Of a stretch of DNA of 40,000 bases, positions 19,044 to 27,469 are shown in pieces (the first letter of the stretch is position 1; each line of letters begins with the position of its first letter). The DNA is from Arsenophonus apicola. Lineage in GTDB: Bacteria > Pseudomonadota > Gammaproteobacteria > Enterobacterales > Enterobacteriaceae. The translations under genes and the position numbers were made by a program. The stretch is taken from positions 2,464,856-2,504,855 of the forward strand of contig NZ_CP084222.1 of the NCBI RefSeq assembly GCF_020268605.1, given 5' to 3'. The notes beneath the pieces are model-generated. The model worked only from the letters and a program-made list of their open reading frames with translations. It was not told where the DNA came from and did not search any database.

Positions 19044-19247
19044 TTAATGTTTATGTTTAGCTGCACTCTTCGCCCATCGTTTAGCCTGATTGAGACAATC
19101 TTCTAGCATCTTGCCTCGTCTGCTTGCTGGCTGTTTGCGGTAGTACCGGATAGCTTCATTTGTTGCTGTTGCTGCTATCGATGAAGAAAAGCCGAGCTTC
19201 ATTAACTCGGCCTTGACATTGATTTCGATGAATTGTTCGGGGGTCAT
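19044..19247 (-). CDS. Hypothetical small basic protein
   Basis: 67-aa ORF. Its start overlaps the stop of the upstream Rha-like gene. Confidence 0.45.
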   Translation of the reverse strand: MTPEQFIEINVKAELMKLGFSSSIAATATNEAIRYYRKQPASRRGKMLEDCLNQAKRWAKSAAKHKH

Positions 19248-19807
19248 CCTTCTATCCTCCTGCTACCCCCACCAATTAAATCAAGGGGTATTTGAGATAA
19301 CTCCATTACTGTTTTTTCAGCTTTTTTAAGAATGGGTAAATCATCTTGACGCTTGCGTAATCTTCTCCCTGCATCAGACGAATCTTCATCAGACGCTTTT
19401 CGGGCGGTAGCCACAATGTTTTGTAATTGTTCAATAGTAAAAGCTAATCCTTTATTTTCTTCTAAATCGGTCATGTAGTCATAGACTTTGGCTTGTAACT
19501 CATAGCTATAGCTCATTGCCATCAGACAGGCTTCACGCTTAGGGAAGTGATAACAAGGAAGGTCACGACCCGTGCTGTCTTTGTACTGAGCAAAAAATTT
19601 TGCTGAGTACTCACCTAACACTTTCGGTACTTTTGTAAGAAAGCTTCGATGTTGTAATTGTCTGTATTTCTCACACGGAAAAGCCAAACCTTGACTTTTT
19701 GCTTTTGATTCACGTTCAGCATTAATGTAATCCACCATTTCCAGACTGGTCATTGTTGGCATTTCTGTTACTAAAAAATTGTCATTTTTAGTTGTTACTG
19801 CTTTCAT
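19244..19807 (-). CDS. Rha-family phage regulatory protein
   Basis: Start taken at MKAVTTKNDNFLVTEMPTMTSLEMVDYIN (ATG 19807, RBS AAGGAAAAG) rather than the 242-aa track ORF. The N-terminal region resembles Rha/pRha domain proteins. Confidence 0.6.
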   Translation of the reverse strand: MKAVTTKNDNFLVTEMPTMTSLEMVDYINAERESKAKSQGLAFPCEKYRQLQHRSFLTKVPKVLGEYSAKFFAQYKDSTGRDLPCYHFPKREACLMAMSYSYELQAKVYDYMTDLEENKGLAFTIEQLQNIVATARKASDEDSSDAGRRLRKRQDDLPILKKAEKTVMELSQIPLDLIGGGSRRIEG

Positions 19808-19945
19808 CGTACTTTTCCTTATAGAAAATCGAACCTGCTCACACAGAAAAGCCGCCCACAGAAAAAGCACCATTTTTAAACGGCAATTCTCAGGCTCGAC
19901 TTTCTGTAAGGTTCTGTGTTTGATTAATGCGCGGTGAGGGCGCGT

Positions 19946-19979
19946 TGAAATAAGAGGACTCCTTAGCGCCAAGGAGTCC
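19946..19979 (-). terminator. Candidate intrinsic terminator after the lysis cassette
   Basis: Minus strand: GGACTCCTT-GGCGCT-AAGGAGTCC (9-bp stem) followed by TCTTATTTCA. Confidence 0.45.
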
Positions 19980-20204
19980 CTAATGATTTAAAAAATTTGT
20001 TCAAGTATTAAGTTCGGGACAAAATTGTCCTGCGGTGGTTGTAAATAATGATGGATCTTCCCATGGTGTATCAGGGCCAGAACTTGTTGCTATTCATTAA
20101 GTCAGTTAACAGGCTATATAACAGAAATAAAAATGAGTTTAGTACTGAAATGACCCAGGTGGTCAACTTGACCTCTTGTAATAAAAACAATGAGTTAAAT
20201 GGTT

Positions 20205-20654
20205 TTATTGACACTGTGTTTTGATGTACTGCTGTAAATATTTCGTCTGCTTTTCGTTCTCGACTATCATCTCTCTGAGATGGAAATAATCTTGTCGAGC
20301 TGCTGTGCTAAGTTGTGGGGTGGTTTCATCATATCGGCTCTGGGCGGTAGTGGTTTTGGGTGCACGACACACGGCGTTGACGCGCAACCGCTTAGCACCA
20401 GCACGAACAGCATCATGCAGCTTAGCAATTTCAGCTTTGGCATTATTGAGTTCCTCGGTGTGTTCAATATCGAGTTGGTGCAAGGCATCTATCTTCTGCT
20501 GCTGCAATTTCACGGCTTCGAGTTGAGCCTGATATTGCTGTTTTAGCGTTTGGTAGTTTTGCTTGACGGCTCGGTAACGGCTGTTGAGAAAAACGAGTGA
20601 TAAAACCAATCCAACAATCATCACTACGATAAATGCGTAAGGTCGCCATAACAT
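20205..20654 (-). CDS. Rz: i-spanin (Rz-like)
   Basis: 149 aa with an N-terminal TM segment (YAFIVVMIVGLVLSLVFL) followed by coiled coil. Last gene of the lysis cassette. Confidence 0.8.
   Translation of the reverse strand: MLWRPYAFIVVMIVGLVLSLVFLNSRYRAVKQNYQTLKQQYQAQLEAVKLQQQKIDALHQLDIEHTEELNNAKAEIAKLHDAVRAGAKRLRVNAVCRAPKTTTAQSRYDETTPQLSTAARQDYFHLREMIVENEKQTKYLQQYIKTQCQ
20267..20443 (-). CDS. Rz1: o-spanin (Rz1-like lipoprotein) fully embedded in the +1 frame of Rz
   Basis: MPKLKLLSCMMLFVLVLSGC has a lipobox (LSGC) and is followed by a Pro-rich mature part (ASTPCVVHPKPLPPRADMMKPP). 58 aa. Confidence 0.75.
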   Translation of the reverse strand: MPKLKLLSCMMLFVLVLSGCASTPCVVHPKPLPPRADMMKPPHNLAQQLDKIISISER

Positions 20655-21124
20655 ATTACACTCTCTATTTCTCGACGGGTCATTAAGCCCCGTGATTGCA
20701 CTTTAATGTGTCGTTTTTCGCCTTTCACATAAACCCATCGCTTCATCTCATCACATGCGCCTTTTCGGTCATCGGCATTGAGCTTTTTGAGTAACGTCGA
20801 TTTAGTAAAATTCCCCACACCCACGTTGTAAGCGAATGAGTAAAGGGCTGCCTGAGTCAGTGTATTGATATTGACCTTAATCAACGGGTCAACATAACGC
20901 TTAACCGCTTTCAAATCGTCATCAAGCCATTTGTCACATTCGGCTTTGGTGTACGTCCTATTACGCTCAATATCGTTACCCGTGTGCCCGTAGCAAACAG
21001 AAAGAATACCGCCACCGTCAAAATAGGGCTTAAGTCTCAACCCTTCGAAATGGGTTATCATGCTTGAGGCCAAAAACAACGCGCTACCGCCTGTCGCCAT
21101 CAATATTTTTTTCGGTATCTTCAT
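20624..21124 (-). CDS. SAR endolysin (GH24 lysozyme)
   Basis: The catalytic pattern E-8-D-5-T lies in HFEGLRLKPYFDGGGILSVCYGHT. The N-terminal segment is weakly hydrophobic and Gly/Ala/Ser-rich (ILMATGGSALFLASSMI), as in phage 21 / P1-type signal-anchor-release lysins. Confidence 0.85.
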   Translation of the reverse strand: MKIPKKILMATGGSALFLASSMITHFEGLRLKPYFDGGGILSVCYGHTGNDIERNRTYTKAECDKWLDDDLKAVKRYVDPLIKVNINTLTQAALYSFAYNVGVGNFTKSTLLKKLNADDRKGACDEMKRWVYVKGEKRHIKVQSRGLMTRREIESVICYGDLTHLS

Positions 21125-21302
21125 AGTGACGCTCTTTTAACTTGAGCTCCTTCCATTTGTAGTACCAGTTGACTAAGCAGGTCGCAACCGTACAGGTTAT
21201 CCCTATCAGCGCCACCCATTGGTCAATACTAAAACCCATCAAAGTCGTTAGGATGCCGGACAAATAAGCATTGAGGGTTGAGTGTTTTTCAAACATACGC
21301 AT
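21084..21302 (-). CDS. Class II holin (pinholin-like) with a Met-Arg-Met dual-start motif
   Basis: Start chosen at MRMFEKH (ATG 21302, strong GGGAGGG RBS). Two predicted TMDs. The N-terminus resembles the lambda S MKMPEKH dual start. Confidence 0.7.
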   Translation of the reverse strand: MRMFEKHSTLNAYLSGILTTLMGFSIDQWVALIGITCTVATCLVNWYYKWKELKLKERHYEDTEKNIDGDRR

Positions 21303-21467
21303 ATACCCTCCCATTGAGGGTTCCATTGCTTTGAATAATGATGAGATGAAAGATTTCTTTGTGCCGAGACCTAATTTTGCTCAGCATTTAGATTTTCAAT
21401 TTGGTAAAATTTATCAGCTATTAATTTTGGTTAATGGCTTAGTCACTAAAACTATTGAGGAAACAGA

Positions 21468-21695
21468 ATGTCAAAAATATCAAAAAACTTGCTTGTTGAA
21501 ATGAACTATACAACTAACATCGCTTCTCCAGAAGCATTACTTAATGAGGTTAACGTGTTAAAGATGATTATTACTCATTTGTTTTATAAACTTCCAGAAA
21601 CTCAACGTAAAGAAATAGTTAATGAAATATCTGCACATGTTGAAAATAGCGTAGTCAAAAATATGCTCGACAATTTTAAACTCGTTGATAAGTAA
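21468..21695 (+). CDS. Hypothetical protein in the Q-to-holin spacer, opposite to late transcription
   Basis: 75-aa ORF with GAGGAAACAGAATG upstream. AT-rich. Confidence 0.35.
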   Translation: MSKISKNLLVEMNYTTNIASPEALLNEVNVLKMIITHLFYKLPETQRKEIVNEISAHVENSVVKNMLDNFKLVDK

Positions 21696-21876
21696 CTTTA
21701 CAATTTGTTTTAAAATTAGACGTTGCATTTTTTACATGCGTTAAATCTAAAGCATTTTGAAAAATAGCATCCACACTATCCTCTGATTTAGTACAGCAGT
21801 TCACATTATTCATCTTTGTGAACTGTTTTTCCAATTCACCAATTCTACTTTCTAATACTTCTATACGTTCGTTCAT
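21676..21876 (-). CDS. Hypothetical coiled-coil protein in the Q-to-holin spacer
   Basis: 66-aa ORF with GAGGTTAAAGTATG upstream. Its 3' end overlaps the convergent 21468..21695 ORF by 20 nt. Confidence 0.4.
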   Translation of the reverse strand: MNERIEVLESRIGELEKQFTKMNNVNCCTKSEDSVDAIFQNALDLTHVKNATSNFKTNCKVTYQRV

Positions 21877-22300
21877 ACTTTAACCTCATGTTTAACTATT
21901 GAACAGGAAACCAACCGCCTTACTCGTTTAGGCTATTGAACTGTCTTTTGCGGTGGCGGGAACGAAAAAACCCACCATCAACAAGGGGTGAAAATTCGTA
22001 AGTCGATCTTTTCGTTGATCTTTTTTTGCTCAAGAATATAATAACGACATATAGTATATATTTTGAATACTAAATACTATATATAGGAATCCCTGATAGC
22101 GACAACTATCAGGGATAGAAGATAAAACGACAAGGTTTTACATGTGATCACGTATTTAGTTTATTTCACTTTATGATCTGTGTAAAGCCCCACGCTTTCA
22201 CATGGGGCTATGCACTACTGGCTTATTTACCGTATGGATCGTGCGAACTTACAAAAAGTAATGCGTTGATAAGATATTATTATTTGGTTAATAAGGCAAC

Positions 22301-22322
22301 AAAAAACCCCGCAAATGCGAGG
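22301..22322 (-). terminator. Rho-independent terminator downstream of Q (tR'-like)
   Basis: Minus strand: CCTCGC-ATTT-GCGGGG followed by TTTTTTGTTG. The stem has a U.G wobble on the minus strand but a C.A mismatch on the plus strand, so it is strand specific. Confidence 0.6.
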
Positions 22323-22357
22323 TTCATAAGTTAGCTGACGTTGTTGTCACTCTTATC

Positions 22358-22385
22358 ACAATATCAGTATTTTTACGATCGTAAA
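22358..22385 (-). promoter_or_regulatory. Candidate late promoter (pR'-like) overlapping a 14-bp perfect palindrome
   Basis: Minus strand: TTTACG, 16-nt spacer, TG-n-TATTGT (extended -10). The palindrome TTTACGATCGTAAA lies at 22372..22385. The site is between the Q stop (22397) and the terminator. Confidence 0.3.
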
Positions 22386-22396
22386 GTATTTTTAGG

Positions 22397-22774
22397 CTAT
22401 TTTTGCACATCAGGATCCATTTCCAGTTTTATATTCAACATCATCAACATTCCCTCAATCACACCTTCTGCTTTTTGTAATTTTTTCCCTATATGTGTAT
22501 CTGAGCAATGGTGTTCATAAGCTAATTGGATAAATGTTTTTCCAAACACATAATATTCAAAGAGTAAATCGTGGATATCGCTATTTTTCTGGTTTAACTT
22601 AGCCATACAACTTGAAATAATCATGGCATCATCTTCGCAACATTGGGGTCTTGATTTTATTTTTAGCGGAATTAGTCCTTTAAATCCTGTTGCAACAGGT
22701 GACCAGTACACATCTTCTCTATTATCGGCGACCCATGCTCCCCAGCGAGCTAATACCTGCTGAATGTCCCGCAT
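22397..22774 (-). CDS. Q: Late-gene antiterminator Q
   Basis: Start taken at [18 protein letters not shown] (ATG 22774, RBS GGAGGGG). The RWGAW N-terminal motif and the position upstream of the lysis genes fit the Q family. The 182-aa track ORF is an upstream extension. Confidence 0.7.
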   Translation of the reverse strand: MRDIQQVLARWGAWVADNREDVYWSPVATGFKGLIPLKIKSRPQCCEDDAMIISSCMAKLNQKNSDIHDLLFEYYVFGKTFIQLAYEHHCSDTHIGKKLQKAEGVIEGMLMMLNIKLEMDPDVQK

Positions 22775-22847
22775 TAATTCCCCTCCGGCAGTAAAATATG
22801 AATAGAGGCATGGTCTCAATGCCCTGCGTTGAATGTTTAATGGTGGT

Positions 22848-23321
22848 TTAATGTGTGTGGGCTTTTTCTTCGCCCATCCGAAAGGTAATGCCTGCCTGAT
22901 ACCAATTCGGCAAGAAAAACTCAATGCGCCCTGTAAATCCATCAAGTCGCATCGTTTTCATTCTTTTTAGCTCACGTTTCATTTGACGGTAGATTTCATC
23001 CATTTCGCCCACCTTGAGCCTTACAGGGGTATTTGCTAGCATCGCTATTTTGGCAATGGTCATCTCACCATAAGTTATTTCTGCATGCGCGGTAAACTCG
23101 TAAGGGTCTTCGCCTAACTTACGATGACAGCCCAGGCAGTGCGAAAAACTATTACAGGGGTGATAACGGGTGGCTTTATGTCGCCTTGATTTGAAGTGTG
23201 AGCAGTGTAGTTTAGCGCGTTCATGCTGAAAATGTCGTCCGCAATAATCACATATCCAGTTTGTTCTTTCGCGGACTAATTCAGAGAACACGGCATCGTA
23301 TTTATCCCTTTTTAGTGCCAT
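22848..23321 (-). CDS. ninG: NinG/Rap-like zinc-binding protein (possible structure-specific nuclease)
   Basis: The Cys/His pattern CDYCGRHF...HCSHF...[19 protein letters not shown] parallels the lambda NinG core (C..CG...AGHY...N...C..CN), as I recall it. It sits between the NinB-like gene and Q. Confidence 0.45.
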   Translation of the reverse strand: MALKRDKYDAVFSELVRERTNWICDYCGRHFQHERAKLHCSHFKSRRHKATRYHPCNSFSHCLGCHRKLGEDPYEFTAHAEITYGEMTIAKIAMLANTPVRLKVGEMDEIYRQMKRELKRMKTMRLDGFTGRIEFFLPNWYQAGITFRMGEEKAHTH

Positions 23322-23618
23322 TTAATTTTCTTGTTCCTGTTTTAATTTCATATACTCCGAGCTTTCCGGTACCGTCACAAAACAACCTATGCCAATCGCC
23401 CAGCATTCCACTTTTTGCATAAAGACATGCATCTCACCCGTATCAAGTTTTGATGTCCTCCTGAGCGCTCTGACACGCTCTGGCTGCTGTGTGGTTACAT
23501 CAATACGCTCTACCACTTCATAGCCTAAGAATGTATGTTTCAGCATTTCCTTCACCTGCTCTGGAGTGTAATTAGCGTCATTTGCACACAGATATTTACT
23601 TATCTCAGATGTCCACAA
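23322..23618 (-). CDS. ninB: NinB/Orf-like recombination mediator, as called from a TTG start; the reading frame is open upstream to 23789
   Basis: The frame upstream of 23618 reads ...QPHQLIIKPFKQTRSLSQNALFHLWTSEIS, which resembles lambda NinB (RNRSLDQNRKLWACL). There is no in-frame ATG, GTG or TTG upstream. An ATG at 23788 is 1 nt out of frame across an A5 run. Confidence 0.55.
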   Translation of the reverse strand: MWTSEISKYLCANDANYTPEQVKEMLKHTFLGYEVVERIDVTTQQPERVRALRRTSKLDTGEMHVFMQKVECWAIGIGCFVTVPESSEYMKLKQEQEN

Positions 23619-23784
23619 ATGAAAAAGTGCATTTTGCGATAGGCTTCGAGTCTGCTTGAAGGGCTTGATAATAAGTTGATGCGGTTGGTTTGTTGCAAGA
23701 ACAGCTTTTAAGGTTTGCCAGACGGATTGTTTCGTTGATTCGTGTAAGAGTAATTTGTCTTCCAGATATACCTCCTGTTCTTTT

Positions 23785-24000
23785 TCATTTCAAGAAAACA
23801 TGGTTAAACAAGAAAGAAAGGATATATACCATTGTGATAGCTAATGATGTGACTGCCACTATTGATAAGAGCCTCAAAGAAGCAATAAACCACGTACTGT
23901 TGTCAATTTTGATAGTCAACATTATCATTGATATCACAACACCTAAAAAACAAAAGATATTCATGCTAATTTTGTAAATAAAGTTAATTATTTCATGCAT
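23785..24000 (-). CDS. Hypothetical small membrane protein
   Basis: 71-aa, very AT-rich ORF with two hydrophobic segments. Confidence 0.4.
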   Translation of the reverse strand: MHEIINFIYKISMNIFCFLGVVISMIMLTIKIDNSTWFIASLRLLSIVAVTSLAITMVYILSFLFNHVFLK

Positions 24001-24212
24001 TACCAGTCTTCCTTAGGCGGCTCAGGTAATGGCATCCAATAATCCGGCTCGAAAGTTAATTTTTCATCTTTATTACAATGATAAATGAAAGTACTATTCT
24101 CATTCTCTCGCCAGCCAACTTCAATTTCAAAGTCATCATTACAACGCTTACAAATTAAAACCAGTTCGTCTACTAATGGCAATCGTTCTTCACATTTAAT
24201 CCACTCCATCAT
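24000..24212 (-). CDS. DUF551-like phage protein
   Basis: 70 aa. Pattern WIKCEERLP ... YWMPLPEPP is the DUF551 signature common in nin regions. Confidence 0.6.
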   Translation of the reverse strand: MMEWIKCEERLPLVDELVLICKRCNDDFEIEVGWRENENSTFIYHCNKDEKLTFEPDYWMPLPEPPKEDW

Positions 24213-24441
24213 TAATCTCCTTACAGATAAAATTTATCAACTTGATTTGAGCTTGCTTTCCAGCTTTTACATTGATAGCAGTCCAGTAGTAACCTATCTC
24301 GCTAAATTGCATTTTGAACATGGACGGCTGGGATAACATTTTCAGGCAATCTTTTTCTGATAGTGCTTTGTCGCTAAAGCGCTGCCAATGCACAGGTTCG
24401 CCGCCATCCTTAACAAGGGTTGCTTCAATTTGGTATTTCAT
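24196..24441 (-). CDS. Hypothetical protein
   Basis: 81-aa ORF overlapping the next gene by 17 nt. Confidence 0.45.
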   Translation of the reverse strand: MKYQIEATLVKDGGEPVHWQRFSDKALSEKDCLKMLSQPSMFKMQFSEIGYYWTAINVKAGKQAQIKLINFICKEINDGVD

Positions 24442-24480
24442 TGGGGGTGTCCTGATTATTTGAAGATGTTAAAGCTGAGT

Positions 24481-26370
24481 TTAATCTCTAGATACATTGT
24501 TATTCATCCAAACCTGGTCATAATCACTGTTTGGCATGTTGGCGATGTAATTATAAGGGCTTGTATTTTCTTCTGCTAAAAATTGATGCGCCTGTTTATC
24601 CAGATACAATGAGATTTTTCCTTCCCACCCCTCACCATTGCGCTGTTTTTCTAAACACAATATGGAAGCTGGCTCTTTTAGATATTCCTGCTCTTTTTCA
24701 GTTAATAGTTGACTGGCTTCTAGCTTCTGTAGCGCTCGCTCTCTGCGTTTATTTCGCCAAATAATGAAAAGGTTATCGGCAAGGTCGGTGATTGAACCTG
24801 AGCCTTTTACGTCCATTTTCCCTGTGGGTTTCTCCTCACTTTCCGATTTACGGCTGTGTGTCACTAGAATAACGTGGCATGAGGTTTTGTTTTTAAAATC
24901 ACATAGTGCATCCATGAAGGCTTTTTGCCCGTTGTAATCATCATCTGCAAGCCCACACTTCATCAGGCTGTCAATGATAAACAGGTTGATACCATATCGG
25001 CGGTTAGCATATTTAAATATTTCGAGTAATCGTGATGATTTCGCTGTCCCTGTTAAGCCAAATAACCAGAGCCTATCTTCATAAAACTTAAAAGCGGACT
25101 CAATTTCTAATTGTGAGGGTAATTTAGCACATGTCGCCTGACGGGTCAGACGCTTTAAAAACGTTGCGGGTTTTAACTCAAACGAAGCAACACAGGCTCT
25201 CATTCCCTGACGCATTGCTTCACACAGAACATGCCCCAAAATTTCACTCTTACCGTGCCCATTGACTCCATTAAGTAGCGTTAACTCAGATTCACGATAA
25301 CTGAAATGCCGATTTAATGACTCCCAAGGTGTTTTGAACAAATATTCCTCTTTGCCGTAAAATGCATCAAGCGTGCTTTGATAAAAATCTCGCGCTGTGC
25401 AGAGTTCTTCTGGGTCAAAATAAGCTGCTGTTTCAAGGCAATGTACAATTTCCTGCTGCGTCATACCAGCCTGTAAACATTCGTTGATGTCCTTGTGGGG
25501 CAGTTTAACTAAACGACACCGATATTCTCCTAATCGACGGGCGATTTCCAGGGCTGCCTGTTGTCCCACTTCGTCATTGTCCATCGACAACCAGATTTCA
25601 GTAAAGCGGTCAAGGTTGTGAAATTCATATTCAATCCACTGTTGTTTGGCTCCGCAGCCACCGCCAAAAGGAACCGACAATGCACTCAACCCATATTGGT
25701 GATAACTCATGCAGTCAATTTCACCCTCGCACAATATGACTGCACGGGTTGCTTTGGGTAGCGCTTGCCAGCCGAACAAACACGGTTCACAATCCGCTTC
25801 AACTGAAATAACTTTCTTCCCATCAGGTCTTGCTGTGCTAATACGTTTAACCTGTATCAGCTCGCCATCTCGCTTGTAAGGGAACGCGATAGCGGGTAAT
25901 TCCCTGTTATCTTCAGGTGACCAGACAATCCCATCACTGACCTGAAATTCTTTCGCCGTTTTTCGGCCTATGCCTCGTGATTGAAGATATTCGTAACAGT
26001 CTTGTGGTTTACGGACGGTTTTTTTTAGTGATGCGGGTTGTGGACGTTTAAACTGTTTTTTCCGTTTTGCTTCAAATGTACCCGATTCATCCGCTATCCC
26101 TAGAAACTGCTTTGCTTCCGCCATCGCCTGATGCAAACTACAGCCCCTGACCTGAACCCACAAATCGAGTAAATCGCCCCCTGTTCCCTCTGCAAAATCT
26201 GACCAGACCTTTTTGCCAGAGAGATTAACTTTTAAACTTTTTCCCTGCTCACCATGCACAGAGCCAGCCACCCACTCGTGCCCCTCTTTTTTGCCTTCAG
26301 GTAAAAGATATTTAGCCACTCTGACAACATCAAGCCACAACCTCTCAGATAATTCCGTAATGCTAATCAT
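24481..26370 (-). CDS. Bifunctional DNA primase (Toprim) / DnaB-like replicative helicase
   Basis: 629 aa. Toprim motifs are ILCEGEIDCMSY and LSMDNDEVGQQAA. Walker A is LLNGVNGHGKSE and Walker B is LFIIDSLMK. Confidence 0.85.
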   Translation of the reverse strand: MISITELSERLWLDVVRVAKYLLPEGKKEGHEWVAGSVHGEQGKSLKVNLSGKKVWSDFAEGTGGDLLDLWVQVRGCSLHQAMAEAKQFLGIADESGTFEAKRKKQFKRPQPASLKKTVRKPQDCYEYLQSRGIGRKTAKEFQVSDGIVWSPEDNRELPAIAFPYKRDGELIQVKRISTARPDGKKVISVEADCEPCLFGWQALPKATRAVILCEGEIDCMSYHQYGLSALSVPFGGGCGAKQQWIEYEFHNLDRFTEIWLSMDNDEVGQQAALEIARRLGEYRCRLVKLPHKDINECLQAGMTQQEIVHCLETAAYFDPEELCTARDFYQSTLDAFYGKEEYLFKTPWESLNRHFSYRESELTLLNGVNGHGKSEILGHVLCEAMRQGMRACVASFELKPATFLKRLTRQATCAKLPSQLEIESAFKFYEDRLWLFGLTGTAKSSRLLEIFKYANRRYGINLFIIDSLMKCGLADDDYNGQKAFMDALCDFKNKTSCHVILVTHSRKSESEEKPTGKMDVKGSGSITDLADNLFIIWRNKRRERALQKLEASQLLTEKEQEYLKEPASILCLEKQRNGEGWEGKISLYLDKQAHQFLAEENTSPYNYIANMPNSDYDQVWMNNNVSRD

Positions 26371-26474
26371 GCTTCCCTCAGATTAAATTTGTCAAACCCG
26401 TATTGTACAATGCCCGCGCTCAGCCAGCCGTGGTTGTACCCACGGATGAGTATTGATTTGATAATTGATTTCAT
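26367..26474 (-). CDS. Possible 35-aa ORF translationally coupled to the primase-helicase gene
   Basis: MKSIIKSILIRGYNHGWLSAGIVQYGFDKFNLREA*. Its stop overlaps the primase start (ATGA). No clear RBS. Confidence 0.25.
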   Translation of the reverse strand: MKSIIKSILIRGYNHGWLSAGIVQYGFDKFNLREA

Positions 26475-26484
26475 GATGATTTTG

Positions 26485-27231
26485 TTAGAAAAATACCAAG
26501 CCGTTTTTAGCGATGGTCATTGTTGATTGATTGGGTATAGGTTGTCTTTGCTGCTTGCGTTTGCGTGCCGTCTCGTTTTGATAATTCAATTTTGCACTCA
26601 GTGCTGAAAACCAGTTTTTAGGTTTTTCTTTGCTGAATTCAACATCGAACCGTTTCAATTCCTGCAATAAATCAATATCTGAAAATATCGACGCCCATTG
26701 TTCAAAATCTTTTTGGTTGAGTCGAATCACTTCACCTTCAAACGCATAACGAGATATTTTTTCAATCGATTTTTTTTGAACAGTTTTTTGGGTGTTAAGA
26801 TCTTTAGATTCTATGTTAGGTTCTACTGATAGATTCTGAGTACCGTTTTTGGGATCCTTCAAAGTACCGTTTTTGGTACTGTTCAAAGTACCGTTTTTGG
26901 GATCGTTACCAATTTCGGTACTGTTCCCATTTTGGTACTGTTTATCATCCCGTTTTTGGTACTCTTCTTCGGTTATATTTAACCGTAAAACTTTAACTTG
27001 TTTTGTTGCTCCTTTTCTCTCTCCAGTATCGATTATTAACCCTTCAGCTATCATTTGGTTAATTTGTCGGCAAATAGTTTTTCTATCTAACCCAGTATCA
27101 TTTGATAGCCTCTGAATACTGGGATAGCAACAATGATGTTCATCAGCTCTGTCAGCTAGAGCTAGTAATAACAACTTCTGAGAAGCTTTTAAATTAATTT
27201 TCCATACCCAATTTGTTGCTATTCTACTCAT
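26485..27231 (-). CDS. Replication initiator (lambda O-like role) with an N-terminal winged-helix/HTH
   Basis: 248 aa. N-terminus is WKINLKASQKLLLLALADRADEHHCCYPSIQRLSNDTGLDRKTICRQINQM. Contains internal DNA iterons. Lies between the cII-like gene and the primase-helicase. Confidence 0.7.
   Translation of the reverse strand: MSRIATNWVWKINLKASQKLLLLALADRADEHHCCYPSIQRLSNDTGLDRKTICRQINQMIAEGLIIDTGERKGATKQVKVLRLNITEEEYQKRDDKQYQNGNSTEIGNDPKNGTLNSTKNGTLKDPKNGTQNLSVEPNIESKDLNTQKTVQKKSIEKISRYAFEGEVIRLNQKDFEQWASIFSDIDLLQELKRFDVEFSKEKPKNWFSALSAKLNYQNETARKRKQQRQPIPNQSTMTIAKNGLVFF
26840..26964. repeat. Iteron array (candidate origin of replication) inside the initiator gene
   Basis: GTACCGTTTTTGG occurs at 26840, 26864 and 26888, an exact 24-bp phasing. 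Degenerate copies (TTTTGGTACT) lie at 26930 and 26955. An AT-rich tract follows at about 26750..26800. Confidence 0.65.
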
Positions 27232-27397
27232 ACTGATTACCTCTAATGGATTCTTCGCGATGTTTAAGCCTTAAATTTGCATTTTCTAATGCGGCTTTTA
27301 GCTTCTTGGCGGCTAACTCTGTGAAAGAGCGATTGACTCTCTCTCTAATAATGTTTTTATGAATATTTGACTGGTAAAATCGGCGTTTATTTGCCAT
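27224..27397 (-). CDS. Possible 57-aa basic protein between the cII-like gene and the initiator
   Basis: MANKRRFYQSNIHKNIIRERVNRSFTELAAKKLKAALENANLRLKHREESIRGNQYE*. GAGG lies 7 nt upstream. The stop overlaps the initiator start by 8 nt. Preferred over the track ORF 27313..27501. Confidence 0.35.
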   Translation of the reverse strand: MANKRRFYQSNIHKNIIRERVNRSFTELAAKKLKAALENANLRLKHREESIRGNQYE

Positions 27398-27469
27398 AAT
27401 GACCTCGCTGAAATTGAAAGAAAAAAGGGAAAACTGGCGTTTCCCTTCTCCTTGAAAGGTAACCCAAAC

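Noticed and set aside
22140-22300. Possible tRNA genes in the Q-to-holin spacer, as found in Stx phages
   Set aside because: I could not draw a cloverleaf. There is no GTTCGAATC-type T-loop with matching acceptor strands, only simple hairpins.
19808-22945. N-terminal extensions of track ORFs (Rha-like 242 aa, Q 182 aa, holin 80 aa; also Ail-like 248 aa at 3794..4540)
   Set aside because: Internal ATGs with strong Shine-Dalgarno sequences coincide with the start of the recognisable domains. The extensions overlap upstream genes or non-coding hairpins.
26840-26964. Regularly spaced 13-bp repeats considered as a mini-CRISPR array
   Set aside because: The repeats are only 13 bp with a 24-bp period, lie inside a coding gene and have no cas genes nearby. 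The pattern fits replication-origin iterons.
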